Of a stretch of DNA of 64,000 bases, positions 1 to 8,662 are shown one piece after another (the stretch's first letter is position 1; every line of letters starts with the position of its first letter). The notes beneath the pieces were generated by a model. The model was not told where the DNA came from. It did no database searches and saw only the letters and a list, made by a program, of their open reading frames with translations. The translations under genes were made by a program, and so were the position numbers. Source of the DNA: a virus; IMG/VR virus record IMGVR_UViG_3300023179_000021, positions 1 to 64,000 of that record; one strand, 5' to 3'.

Positions 1-156
1 AAAGTTGATACAGTTCCTGGTGCTGCAGCTAAAGTTGATACAGTTCCTGGTGCTGCAGCTAAAGTTGATACAGTTCCTGGTGCTGCAGCTAAAGTTGATA
101 CAGTTCCTGGTGCTGCAGCTAAAGTTGATACAGTTCCTGGTGCTGCAGCTAAAGTT
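1..156. repeat. 30-bp perfect tandem repeat (5 copies plus a partial copy; may continue left of the window), encodes TLAAAPGTVS on the minus strand
   Basis: aaagttgatacagttcctggtgctgcagct repeated exactly at 1, 31, 61, 91 and 121. Confidence 0.95.
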
Positions 157-2591
157 GGTGTAGTTCTTGTGTAATCATTTACTTTCACTAATAGTTCTGC
201 GCCAATTCCTTTATCTAAATTTAAACGAGGACCCCCAACAGCTTGAGTCACCGCTCGATTTGCTTCCTCTTGACTTTGAAAAATTTGGTTTTTTAAGTTA
301 GAATTGGTCATATATTTAGCAGCAATTTTGGCTGCAATTGGAAGATCATTTGCTAAATCTGGATTATTGATTAAATCAATACCAAGCGCTTTACTCATTT
401 TAACATAGTTATCTTTTCCAGTAAGTTGTATAAATCCTCTACCACGATATTTGTAGCCATCTCCGGGTTCTTTGTTTCCCATTTTTCCACTATAAACTAG
501 TTCTGCTAGTCCTTGGGGATTTTGCAAATATGGTTTTAATTGTTCATCGGACATGTTTTTCGTTACGGTAGGAAAAACTGTTCTTATTCTATCTATCGTG
601 TTAAAGTGCAAGTCTTCAGATTTAGGAACAAAATCACCGGTTTCTTTTTTTATATTTCCCAAAACAGCTAGTTGTGTTTTTTCGTCTGTTATACCTTCCT
701 CTTCTAAAGCTCTTATAACAATTGTTTCACGACCGTAAGGTGGAAATCTCAATTCTTTTGTTGGTGTGGTTGACTGAGCAGCTGCGTTATCTATTGCTCG
801 CACTGATGCTTGAGTTGCAGTGGTTTGTAATGCTGGTGTTGGTGCCGCTGGTGTAGTTGATTGAACAGTTGCATTATCTACTGCTCGCACTGATGCTTGA
901 GTTGCAGTGGTTTGTAATGCTGGTGTTGGACTTATTATATTTTTTTCTTTCGTATAACGCTCAATAGCAGTTTTGCCTCCTTCAATTTTAGCAAAACTTA
1001 AATTGTTTAATTGACTGACTGTAAGTGTTTCTCCACCACTTAATTCTTGCACTCTTTTAATTTCATTGGAATAATAATTGATTAAATCTTCACCTTCAAG
1101 TGGTGTAAATTTAACACCAGCACTTCGACCAGTACCCTTTTTCATATAGCCTGGAACACCATTCTGCATTACAAGTCTTTCACCCTTTGGTCCAATTCTT
1201 TTTTGTTTTTCAGCCTCGTCTTGATTTGTGCCTAACCCTGTTGTTGTGTTTTTTGGAACCACTGGTGTTTCTTCCGGCGACATCGTAACTGTTCCTGGTT
1301 CTTGTTCTGCTTGAGCACTTCCAGTAATAGTTTCTTCACCTTCCTTTCCAGACATTGCATCATTTTTAACAAGATAAGAAATTAGTGATGCTACTCCCGC
1401 AACACCTAAAGTTGCTAAAACAGCTGGATTTAAAATAAATGGTATTGCAGAACGAAGAACTGATCCTAAAGTTTTCGGTGATGAACTTGGTGGAGTTGTT
1501 GGTTTAGTTTGTCCAGTGGGAATATTTGGAGGAATTGGTGGTGTTTTTCCAGGTATTAATAAACCTCCGAGAGCTGCCGTTGCTGCACCGAGTGCTAATT
1601 GAAATGTTGCAAGAGCGCCAACTGTGGCCGCTAAAATTGATCCTAAATTAAATTTACCCAAAGGAGTTTCAATTTCTGTTCCTAATGCTACTTTAAAAGA
1701 TTCAACAACAGCGTCAATCATCGATTTAACAGCACTTTGTAAGGATTTAATAACTTCGGAATCAATTAAAAGTGTTTTTAATTCTTTAAATCCACTTTCT
1801 ATAGCATTAAAAGCGCCAATAAGCATATCTTTTAAAAAGTCTCTTATTTTTTGTTTTGTATCTTCATCTAAATTTTTAAAAATTAATCCAAAAATTCCGG
1901 CACCAATTATGGCTTTAATAAGTGTTCCAAAAAAACCAGATAAAGAGGGCAAAAGGCCAGTTAAAAGAGAACCAGCTCCACTGATACCTTTTCCTAATAA
2001 AGAAAAAATTCCACCAAATAGGCCTCCAGTTTCTTCTTTTTTTACCGGCGTTGTTCCTGGCATTATTTGAGAAGATTTTTCTCTTTTAAACTGCGATTCA
2101 TATAAAGCTTCTCTTTCTCCAGCTAATTTAAAGAAAGCATCAGATCCTTTACTTGCTGTGCCACCCATCAATTTAACGAGTTTTTGAATATTAATTCTTG
2201 TTACATTCATGTCTCTAGCCAAATATGGTAAAACTAAAGAATTTTTTGCCGATATTTTAGCGTGAGTTTTTAAATCGGAAGTTTCGTTAATTAGTACGTC
2301 AAGTTTTATATCGATCAATGGAGATGGCTTAGTTGATTCTTTTGCCTTCAAATTTTCTTTTATCGCAGAAGGTTCTAAAGGATTTACAGGAGCTAAACTA
2401 CTTGCGGTTGGCACAGTGTATGCTTTAAACAAAGAAGGTAAAACAGCTGCTAAAAACCCAGTTTGATTGAAAATTTGTCTTGGATCAAATTTCTCCAATC
2501 CTCTTTTACCTAAAGTGCTAAAAACTCCGCCACCCTTCTTTTTCTCGGCTTTGTAAATTTCAGCTAATCTACTTTTTTTATCTTTTGCCAT
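1..2591 (-). CDS. Tape-measure/baseplate hub-like protein (gp29-like position) with GH19 lysozyme/chitinase domain; 3' end outside window
   Basis: ATG at 2591 (MAKDKKSRLAEIYKAEK...). The same frame reads GNKEPGDGYKYRGRGFIQLTGKDNY at ~408-480, a GH19 motif. Lies downstream of gp26/gp51. Probably absent from the ORF track because no stop falls in the window; I spot-checked the frame rather than every codon. Confidence 0.7.
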   Translation of the reverse strand, partial: MAKDKKSRLAEIYKAEKKKGGGVFSTLGKRGLEKFDPRQIFNQTGFLAAVLPSLFKAYTVPTASSLAPVNPLEPSAIKENLKAKESTKPSPLIDIKLDVLINETSDLKTHAKISAKNSLVLPYLARDMNVTRINIQKLVKLMGGTASKGSDAFFKLAGEREALYESQFKREKSSQIMPGTTPVKKEETGGLFGGIFSLLGKGISGAGSLLTGLLPSLSGFFGTLIKAIIGAGIFGLIFKNLDEDTKQKIRDFLKDMLIGAFNAIESGFKELKTLLIDSEVIKSLQSAVKSMIDAVVESFKVALGTEIETPLGKFNLGSILAATVGALATFQLALGAATAALGGLLIPGKTPPIPPNIPTGQTKPTTPPSSSPKTLGSVLRSAIPFILNPAVLATLGVAGVASLISYLVKNDAMSGKEGEETITGSAQAEQEPGTVTMSPEETPVVPKNTTTGLGTNQDEAEKQKRIGPKGERLVMQNGVPGYMKKGTGRSAGVKFTPLEGEDLINYYSNEIKRVQELSGGETLTVSQLNNLSFAKIEGGKTAIERYTKEKNIISPTPALQTTATQASVRAVDNATVQSTTPAAPTPALQTTATQASVRAIDNAAAQSTTPTKELRFPPYGRETIVIRALEEEGITDEKTQLAVLGNIKKETGDFVPKSEDLHFNTIDRIRTVFPTVTKNMSDEQLKPYLQNPQGLAELVYSGKMGNKEPGDGYKYRGRGFIQLTGKDNYVKMSKALGIDLINNPDLANDLPIAAKIAAKYMTNSNLKNQIFQSQEEANRAVTQAVGGPRLNLDKGIGAELLVKVNDYTRTTPTLAAAPGTVSTLAAAPGTVSTLAAAPGTVSTLAAAPGTVSTLAAAPGTVST
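784..929. repeat. ~56-bp direct repeat, two copies 87 bp apart, in a Pro/Thr/Ala linker (PTPALQTTATQASVRA.DNA)
   Basis: tgctcgcactgatgcttgagttgcagtggtttgtaatgctggtgttgg present twice. Confidence 0.8.
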
Positions 2592-2592
2592 T

Positions 2593-2730
2593 TTACTTTC
2601 TTTGACGCTGCTGTTCTTTTAATCGTTCTCTTTCTTCTTCTAGATATTTAACAAGCATATCAATATAAATTTGTCTTTCCCAAGGTAACATATTATCCAA
2701 TTCTGTCAAACTATATTTGTGATGTTGCAT
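2593..2730 (-). CDS. gp51: Baseplate hub assembly catalyst gp51-like (frame open upstream to ~2820; possibly made as a gp26-gp51 frameshift fusion)
   Basis: Manual translation (YDTLGNYYQTNFSL)MQHHKYSLTELDNMLPWERQIYIDML...; position after gp26. Confidence 0.8.
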   Translation of the reverse strand: MQHHKYSLTELDNMLPWERQIYIDMLVKYLEEERERLKEQQRQRK

Positions 2731-2780
2731 TAATGAAAAATTAGTTTGATAGTAATTACCAAGGGTATCATAACCAAAAT

Positions 2781-3518
2781 TTAAACGAAAAAATTTTGTA
2801 TTCCTTCTACAACAATTTTTTCTTCATAGCCACATTTTCTACACTTAAAATCTAATTCTTTTTTTATTTTTGGCATTGTATTGAAAAAAATTTGTATTTT
2901 ATTTAAATCATCTTGTTGCAAATTTTCTACAAATTCAATCAACTCTTGTTTTTCAGTATCTTTAGCATAATACATTTGATTTTCATCGTAAATATAGTCA
3001 ATACAAGAAGTAATAATTTCTATTAAACCATCAATATCATTAAAATTTATATCTTTTATATTTTCTAACATTTTTATTGTTGGATACTTCATCATGATTC
3101 CAAGTTTTTTAGAAATTTCAATTTTTTTAGAATGTTCTTTACTGATTTCGGGCGCAATTTCTAAAAGATTTAAATCGAAATTTACTAAAGAACCACACTT
3201 CTTTGTTTCATTGTTTTCATCAGTAACATTGTTATTACAAGTGTATTTTAAATTAATTACTTCTCCGACTGATTTAGCGCGAAGGTTCATAAACAAATTT
3301 TCTAAATCAAATGTTGGCAATTCATCAATGTCAACTTTAGAAACAAGACAATTATTTAAAACCTGTTTTATTACACTTACAATTTCATTTTGATCTTCAG
3401 ATTGTGCAGCCATCAAAAAGAGTTTTTGCTCTTTTACTAAAAATGGTCTAAACTTTACTTTTTTTCCAGTCGAAATCAGTGTTGTCTCATAAACAGGCAC
3501 ATCAATTTTGGGTAACAT
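2781..3518 (-). CDS. gp26: Baseplate hub assembly protein gp26
   Basis: LPKIDVPVYE..KFRPFLVKEQK..LRAKSVGE, Cys pairs, C-terminal EGIQNFF. Confidence 0.88.
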   Translation of the reverse strand: MLPKIDVPVYETTLISTGKKVKFRPFLVKEQKLFLMAAQSEDQNEIVSVIKQVLNNCLVSKVDIDELPTFDLENLFMNLRAKSVGEVINLKYTCNNNVTDENNETKKCGSLVNFDLNLLEIAPEISKEHSKKIEISKKLGIMMKYPTIKMLENIKDINFNDIDGLIEIITSCIDYIYDENQMYYAKDTEKQELIEFVENLQQDDLNKIQIFFNTMPKIKKELDFKCRKCGYEEKIVVEGIQNFFV

Positions 3519-3530
3519 ATTAACTCTCCA

Positions 3531-4307
3531 TTAGTTAAAAAATCTTCCAAATGCTTTTCCAAATGGGCTTGAAACTTTATTTCCAAAGTTAGTTACGTTT
3601 TTTGCAACAGAATTGCCAAACAATTGCGTGGCAACTGCAACTAAATCATAATTTCCTTCATAGATAACTTTATAACGTTGATAGGCAAATTGAACACCAA
3701 GACGATGAAAGCCATCATCGCTCCACGCTAATGGTGCTGGTGATATACCAGTTGGAAATGCATCAATCAATTCAACTGCATAAATTTGTCTTATAAATTC
3801 ATCATATTGTACAATTTTAATATTTGTTAAATAACGAGATTTTTCACCCTTTGGATATCGCAAATTGTTTGTATCACTTGGCATAATTGATTCAAGCCAT
3901 TTTTCAAAAAGTTTACGCTCATAAAATTCGTTTGTACATATAAAATTTAATGTCATATCATTATATTGCATTTGATATGGAACTTTATAAGTAGGTCCAT
4001 ATACTTTAACATCGCTTGTCAATAATGTTTTACCGGGTAGTTCAGCACTTTCACATTGTAAAGCCAAGTATCTAGAAAGTGTAGCATTATCACTGAGCGA
4101 CTGTGGGTCACTACTTACGCCACGAAATGCTTGTGTAATTTCAGCGACCAGTGTATTGGGTAAATTGATAAGTTTTTCCAAAAGCGAATTACCAACGAAT
4201 TGATTGATATATGGTGGAATTGGCAAAACAACCTCAAAACGATTTGTCTTAGCAAAGCCTTCTTTAGCATTGGCGTTAGCTAAAAATGATTGTGGTGAAA
4301 ATGCCAT
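3531..4307 (-). CDS. Baseplate tail-tube initiator (gp54/gp19-like fold)
   Basis: NRFEV..CESAELPG..YGP..KVPY..L.DAFP tail-tube-like motifs; synteny. Confidence 0.7.
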   Translation of the reverse strand: MAFSPQSFLANANAKEGFAKTNRFEVVLPIPPYINQFVGNSLLEKLINLPNTLVAEITQAFRGVSSDPQSLSDNATLSRYLALQCESAELPGKTLLTSDVKVYGPTYKVPYQMQYNDMTLNFICTNEFYERKLFEKWLESIMPSDTNNLRYPKGEKSRYLTNIKIVQYDEFIRQIYAVELIDAFPTGISPAPLAWSDDGFHRLGVQFAYQRYKVIYEGNYDLVAVATQLFGNSVAKNVTNFGNKVSSPFGKAFGRFFN

Positions 4308-4888
4308 TAAAATTTCTTCCTAGATTCAGCATATACTTTATTTGCTGTAGCACCAACAAAAAGAGAAACCGGCAATAAAGCTGCTATGTCCCATTCGTCA
4401 GCAGTAATTTCTAAAAACCTAGATTCGACATGATTAAACAGATAACGTTTAATACATGCATTTACTTCATATGTTTTGCTTGCTTTTGAAAGTAAATCAT
4501 AACTCAACCTAAGTTTTGTGGTCTTATCAAATTTATTGTTATTTGCATATTCGCTTAATTTATCTAAAAGAATCATACGTTGTTTTGGATGTATGTAATG
4601 CAAATTCAGCCCTAAAAATCCATCATTATATTGCTCTATTGGTAAAACCAGTGGAAACCTGTCGTAATAAGGCAATTTATCTTTTGTTTTTGGATCGTAA
4701 AAATAAAAATACATACGGCCAATAATGGCATTATTTTTTAATCTTTGACGATCCGCTAAAAGTGCTTGCCGACTTGGTTTTAGTGTTTGTACTTTAGAAC
4801 GTAACCATTCACGAGCCTGATTTGTGCGGATGCTCAAACCTTCTTTTGCAAGAGAATCTTTAATTCGGTTGATTAAATAAGCCATCAT
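4307..4888 (-). CDS. gp2: DNA end protector protein
   Basis: GRMYFYFYDPKTKDKLPYYDRFPLV..GFLGLNLHY. Confidence 0.9.
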   Translation of the reverse strand: MMAYLINRIKDSLAKEGLSIRTNQAREWLRSKVQTLKPSRQALLADRQRLKNNAIIGRMYFYFYDPKTKDKLPYYDRFPLVLPIEQYNDGFLGLNLHYIHPKQRMILLDKLSEYANNNKFDKTTKLRLSYDLLSKASKTYEVNACIKRYLFNHVESRFLEITADEWDIAALLPVSLFVGATANKVYAESRKKF

Positions 4889-4889
4889 T

Positions 4890-4897
4890 TATTTAGG
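4890..4897 (-). promoter_or_regulatory. T4-type late promoter (CCTAAATA) upstream of gp2
   Basis: TAAATA core immediately 5' of the gp2 start. Confidence 0.55.
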
Positions 4898-4957
4898 CGA
4901 ATTCCCAATATTACCTTATTTACACTGATTTAGCTGTATAAGTATTGGTGCCTGATT

Positions 4958-5392
4958 TCAGATAATACCTAAATTTTTCTCCGTAAGAATTCTAAACTCC
5001 CATCCACGATCTTTACAAAATTCAGTAGCAGCTTTCCATTTAGATTGATTGATGGTATAAGTAATGTATTCGTTAATAAATTTTTGAGTTTGTTTTTTAC
5101 GAATTGGTTGTTTAGTTTGATGTTCTGGTTTGACTTCAATTACATGTGTCATTACTGTTCCATCTTTCTTTTTAACTTTTATAATAAAATCAGGAAAATA
5201 TCGATGAATTTTATTGTCAACTGGATTGTAATATTTGATTGCTAACTCTTCGGAAGACCAATAAATTACGCTCTCGCTTTGGTCAAGCCAATCCATCACT
5301 TTTCTTTCCCAAGTAGAACGCCAGATGATGTTTGTTGCATCACCAGCATACTTCTGTGGATTTTTGGGTGTAAATTTTCCTTTATATGACAT
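4958..5392 (-). CDS. gp4: Head completion nuclease (start refined to MSYKGKF)
   Basis: YKGKFTPKNPQKY.GD..I.WRS.WE..WSSEE..HRYFPDF..EVKP. Confidence 0.9.
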   Translation of the reverse strand: MSYKGKFTPKNPQKYAGDATNIIWRSTWERKVMDWLDQSESVIYWSSEELAIKYYNPVDNKIHRYFPDFIIKVKKKDGTVMTHVIEVKPEHQTKQPIRKKQTQKFINEYITYTINQSKWKAATEFCKDRGWEFRILTEKNLGII

Positions 5393-5404
5393 AAATATAT
5401 TTAT
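5391..5404. promoter_or_regulatory. Palindromic pair of T4-type late promoters (ATAAATATATTTAT) serving gp4 and gp48
   Basis: Perfect 14-bp palindrome with ATAAATA on both strands at the strand-switch point. Confidence 0.65.
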
Positions 5405-5420
5405 TCTCATAGGAAAAATA

Positions 5421-6662
5421 ATGGCCTTATTCTCTTTTACTGACATACGATTTAAAACAGCTGCTAGAAGAGTGGGATTAAATGGAAGATTAGTTGGCGG
5501 TCAATACGATTCTAATTTATATCGTTATCCAATTGATTTGGGTGAAGCTAACAAAGGTCATTATATGGTTTTTCACATCAATGTGCAAACCAAAACAGAA
5601 TTCAGCTCGCCACTTTCCTTTGACACTCCAGATATACTTAACAGTCCAAATCGAGTCACCAGTGGATTAGCCAATATTACAGATACTACGAATTGGCTTC
5701 GAGGACAACTTGATAATGCAGCTTTAGGGCTAACAGAGGGGTTACAGTTAACTGAATCCACAAGAACAGCTATAGAAACTGCTAAATCTGAAATTGGTCA
5801 AGGTTTAGACTTTGTTGGTGATTTAGCTAAAAGAGTATCTATTCAGGGCGCAAGAACAATTCAAAGAACTGCCGAGACAATAGCTTTATACATGCCCGAT
5901 ACATTAAATTTTGGCTATGACCAAAGTTATGATGGTGTTTCTTTGTCGAGTCCTTTTTTTGATATTCTTAATGCTGGTAAAGATGTGTTGCAAGCCGGTT
6001 CTTCAATAATCGATTTGGCAAAAGGCGGTCAAGTTTCTGTTCAAAATATTTTAAAATCAATTCCTAACAATTTAACGCCTTTTGCTGTTGACTATTTAAG
6101 TAGGTTTGCACCAACTAATGTTTTTGGTTCTAATTTCGGCCGTTTTGCCTTAGCATCATTAGGTGTGGCTCGGAATCCTTTATTGGAAGTTATTTACACA
6201 AGTCCATCGTTAAGAAAATTTCAGTTTGATTTTATTTTTTATCCAAGAAGTGAAAGAGAGGCTCAACAAGTTCAAAGCATTATAGATTCGTTTACATTTC
6301 ATCAATCGCCGGAAATTCTTCCTGGTTCTGGTGGTGTATTTCTTATACCTCCTTCTGAGTTTGATATTAAATTTTATTACAATGGAAAAGAAAATCCAAA
6401 TATACCAAAAATATCGACATGTGTTTTAAATGGTTTAAATATTGACTATGCACCATCTGGTTTTTCAACTTATGAAGTTCCAGGTGAAACAACTCCAAGT
6501 GTTGGTAGAACTGGTATGCCTGTTGGTATTCGTTTACAATTGAATTTTACAGAGACACAAATCATTACTAAAAATTCTTTGAGGCCTGATAGCTTTGCAT
6601 CACAAGCTGAAAATGTTTATTCTCCGAGAGATGAAAACGGTGAAGTAATTTACATAGGATAA
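5421..6662 (+). CDS. gp48: Baseplate tail tube cap (start refined to 5421 after AGGA)
   Basis: YRYPIDL..IALYMP..NP.LEVIY..P.LRKFQFDF.FYPRS..E..L.FTET. Confidence 0.85.
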   Translation: MALFSFTDIRFKTAARRVGLNGRLVGGQYDSNLYRYPIDLGEANKGHYMVFHINVQTKTEFSSPLSFDTPDILNSPNRVTSGLANITDTTNWLRGQLDNAALGLTEGLQLTESTRTAIETAKSEIGQGLDFVGDLAKRVSIQGARTIQRTAETIALYMPDTLNFGYDQSYDGVSLSSPFFDILNAGKDVLQAGSSIIDLAKGGQVSVQNILKSIPNNLTPFAVDYLSRFAPTNVFGSNFGRFALASLGVARNPLLEVIYTSPSLRKFQFDFIFYPRSEREAQQVQSIIDSFTFHQSPEILPGSGGVFLIPPSEFDIKFYYNGKENPNIPKISTCVLNGLNIDYAPSGFSTYEVPGETTPSVGRTGMPVGIRLQLNFTETQIITKNSLRPDSFASQAENVYSPRDENGEVIYIG

Positions 6663-6665
6663 AAA

Positions 6666-7304
6666 ATGGCAAGTTACTTTTCAAGATTTCCTAAACTCTT
6701 TTTTTCAATTAATGATGGCCAAACAGTTGATCGTGTAACCAATATTATGTCTAAATTTTCTTTGAATGAATCTATCAAAGAAAATACAGCCGTTTATTAT
6801 GAGTATGATGTTAATGAAAGTGATACACCAGAGATTGTGGCACATAAGATGTATGGTTCAGCACAAAGACAATGGATTGTTTTAATGATGAATAATATTG
6901 TTGATCCACAATATGATTGGCCTTTAACGACAATTACACTGAATAATTTTATTGATGCTAAATATTCAAATACACAATATGCTAATTCAAACACCTCTGG
7001 TGCTGGTTTATCATATGCTAGTTCAAATATACACTCATATTATAAAATTATTACAACAACAATACCAAATGGTTCTAAAATTACTAATGAATATCAAGTC
7101 GATGCAAATACTTATGCTAATGTTACCGTATCATCATCAAGCGTTACACTGCAAGACAATAATGTAATTACAATTTCTACTACAAAAACCACTAAAACTT
7201 ATTATGAACATGAAACTGAGATAAATGAATCTAAAAGAAAAATTAAATTATTAAAGCCAGAATTTGTAGTAACTTTAGAAGATGAAATTAAAAGAGTGTT
7301 TTAA
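6666..7304 (+). CDS. gp53: Baseplate wedge protein
   Basis: YFSRFP..DTPEIVAHKMYG...WIVLMMNNIVDPQYDWPL..NESKRKIKLLKP. Confidence 0.9.
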   Translation: MASYFSRFPKLFFSINDGQTVDRVTNIMSKFSLNESIKENTAVYYEYDVNESDTPEIVAHKMYGSAQRQWIVLMMNNIVDPQYDWPLTTITLNNFIDAKYSNTQYANSNTSGAGLSYASSNIHSYYKIITTTIPNGSKITNEYQVDANTYANVTVSSSSVTLQDNNVITISTTKTTKTYYEHETEINESKRKIKLLKPEFVVTLEDEIKRVF

Positions 7305-7306
7305 AA

Positions 7307-8650
7307 ATGGCAATTTCGTTTAAAAGTACCACACAATTTAAAATTGAGCGACTAGAATTAGTAATAAACTCTAGCCAAAGGTTTTCAATTGATGGTCTGT
7401 TTAGTGAATTAAATCTTTATGATAATCTTTTTACTCCTTGTATTTCTGGTAATATTTTAATTACTGATGCACTTGCTCTTGTCGATCAATTAAAATTAAA
7501 TGGCGATGAAAAAATATACATACGAATTTCAAAAGATGAAGAACAAGAAGACTTTAGATATGAAAAAGAATTTGTAATTTATAGTTTAACAAATAAAACA
7601 AATTTAAATATGACTTCAACTGTTTATATTTTAAATTTTGTATCTAAAGAATTTTTATTGTCTTTACAGAAAAAAGTAAATCAAAATTATTTTGGCACAT
7701 TTACTGGTATAGCATATCAATTGTTAACAGACACAGATTATCTTGGTGTTGCTGAAGAACCTCCGCAAAATGGAGAAAGTGGAGTTGGAGTTTTTTGGGG
7801 TTCTGATGGCCTACAAGATTTAATATTTCCTACGTTGACGCCATTTGATGCTATCAACTTTGTATCTCAAAAAGCTCTTTCAAAAAATATTCCTGATTTT
7901 TTATTTTTTGAAACACATAAAACTGGTTATAACTTTGTTACACTGTCATATCTTTTAGAACGAGAAAGTGTTTTTCAAATTAATTTTAAACCAAAAAATT
8001 TATCAAATACAGCTGCTGCTAATCAAGAAGAGTTTTTAGGCGCTCGTGATTTAAAAGTTTTATCACAATTTAGTGTTTTAAATAATGTTGAAAGTGGTGT
8101 TTATGCCGGCCGTTTTGTTGGTTTCGATACACTTACAAAAACAACAAAAATAACAACAATTGTAAGTGATAAAAATTTGTCAGATGATAAAAACAAAAAA
8201 TTCAATGAAATGACAAATTCAAGAGTTGTTTCTTACCCTTTTGCTTTGCCTAGAACTACAGTAGAATATATTAAAGAAAACAATCCTGAAGCATATGATA
8301 CGATTGATCGTTCTGAAAATTATGTGTTTCAAAGAAAAGCTATATTTACAAATTTAATTCAACAGCGGCTTCAATTAGTCATGCCTGGAAATTTTGAACT
8401 TTTTTCTAGTCGTAACATTTATTTAAAAGTTCCCAAATTTTCCACACAACTTGGTGATGATGCTTTGGATCGATCTCTAACAGGTAAATATATAATTACA
8501 GGATCAAGACATATTATTAAACCAAATCGTCATGAAACCATTATTGAAGTTTGTGCAGCACAACTATTGGGTTTAAGAAATAATCAACTTGGTGCTGAAG
8601 ATTTTACTTCGTTTTACACTAAAGAAGAATTAGAAAATATACCACTTTAA
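7307..8650 (+). CDS. Putative baseplate hub protein (gp27-like)
   Basis: Between gp53 and gp5; FLFFET..GYNF and GKYIITG.RH motifs. Confidence 0.55.
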   Translation: MAISFKSTTQFKIERLELVINSSQRFSIDGLFSELNLYDNLFTPCISGNILITDALALVDQLKLNGDEKIYIRISKDEEQEDFRYEKEFVIYSLTNKTNLNMTSTVYILNFVSKEFLLSLQKKVNQNYFGTFTGIAYQLLTDTDYLGVAEEPPQNGESGVGVFWGSDGLQDLIFPTLTPFDAINFVSQKALSKNIPDFLFFETHKTGYNFVTLSYLLERESVFQINFKPKNLSNTAAANQEEFLGARDLKVLSQFSVLNNVESGVYAGRFVGFDTLTKTTKITTIVSDKNLSDDKNKKFNEMTNSRVVSYPFALPRTTVEYIKENNPEAYDTIDRSENYVFQRKAIFTNLIQQRLQLVMPGNFELFSSRNIYLKVPKFSTQLGDDALDRSLTGKYIITGSRHIIKPNRHETIIEVCAAQLLGLRNNQLGAEDFTSFYTKEELENIPL

Positions 8651-8662
8651 GGAATCAATTTA

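Noticed and set aside
1-156. 30-bp repeats as a CRISPR array
   Set aside because: The units are directly adjacent with no spacers and lie in frame within a coding region.
553-2070. Plus-strand ORFs 553-738 and 1624-2070
   Set aside because: Antisense to the long minus-strand ORF carrying the GH19 motif.
5325-5446. Apparent head-to-head overlap of gp4 and gp48 ORFs
   Set aside because: Artefact of longest-ORF starts; the likely starts are 5392 (-) and 5421 (+).
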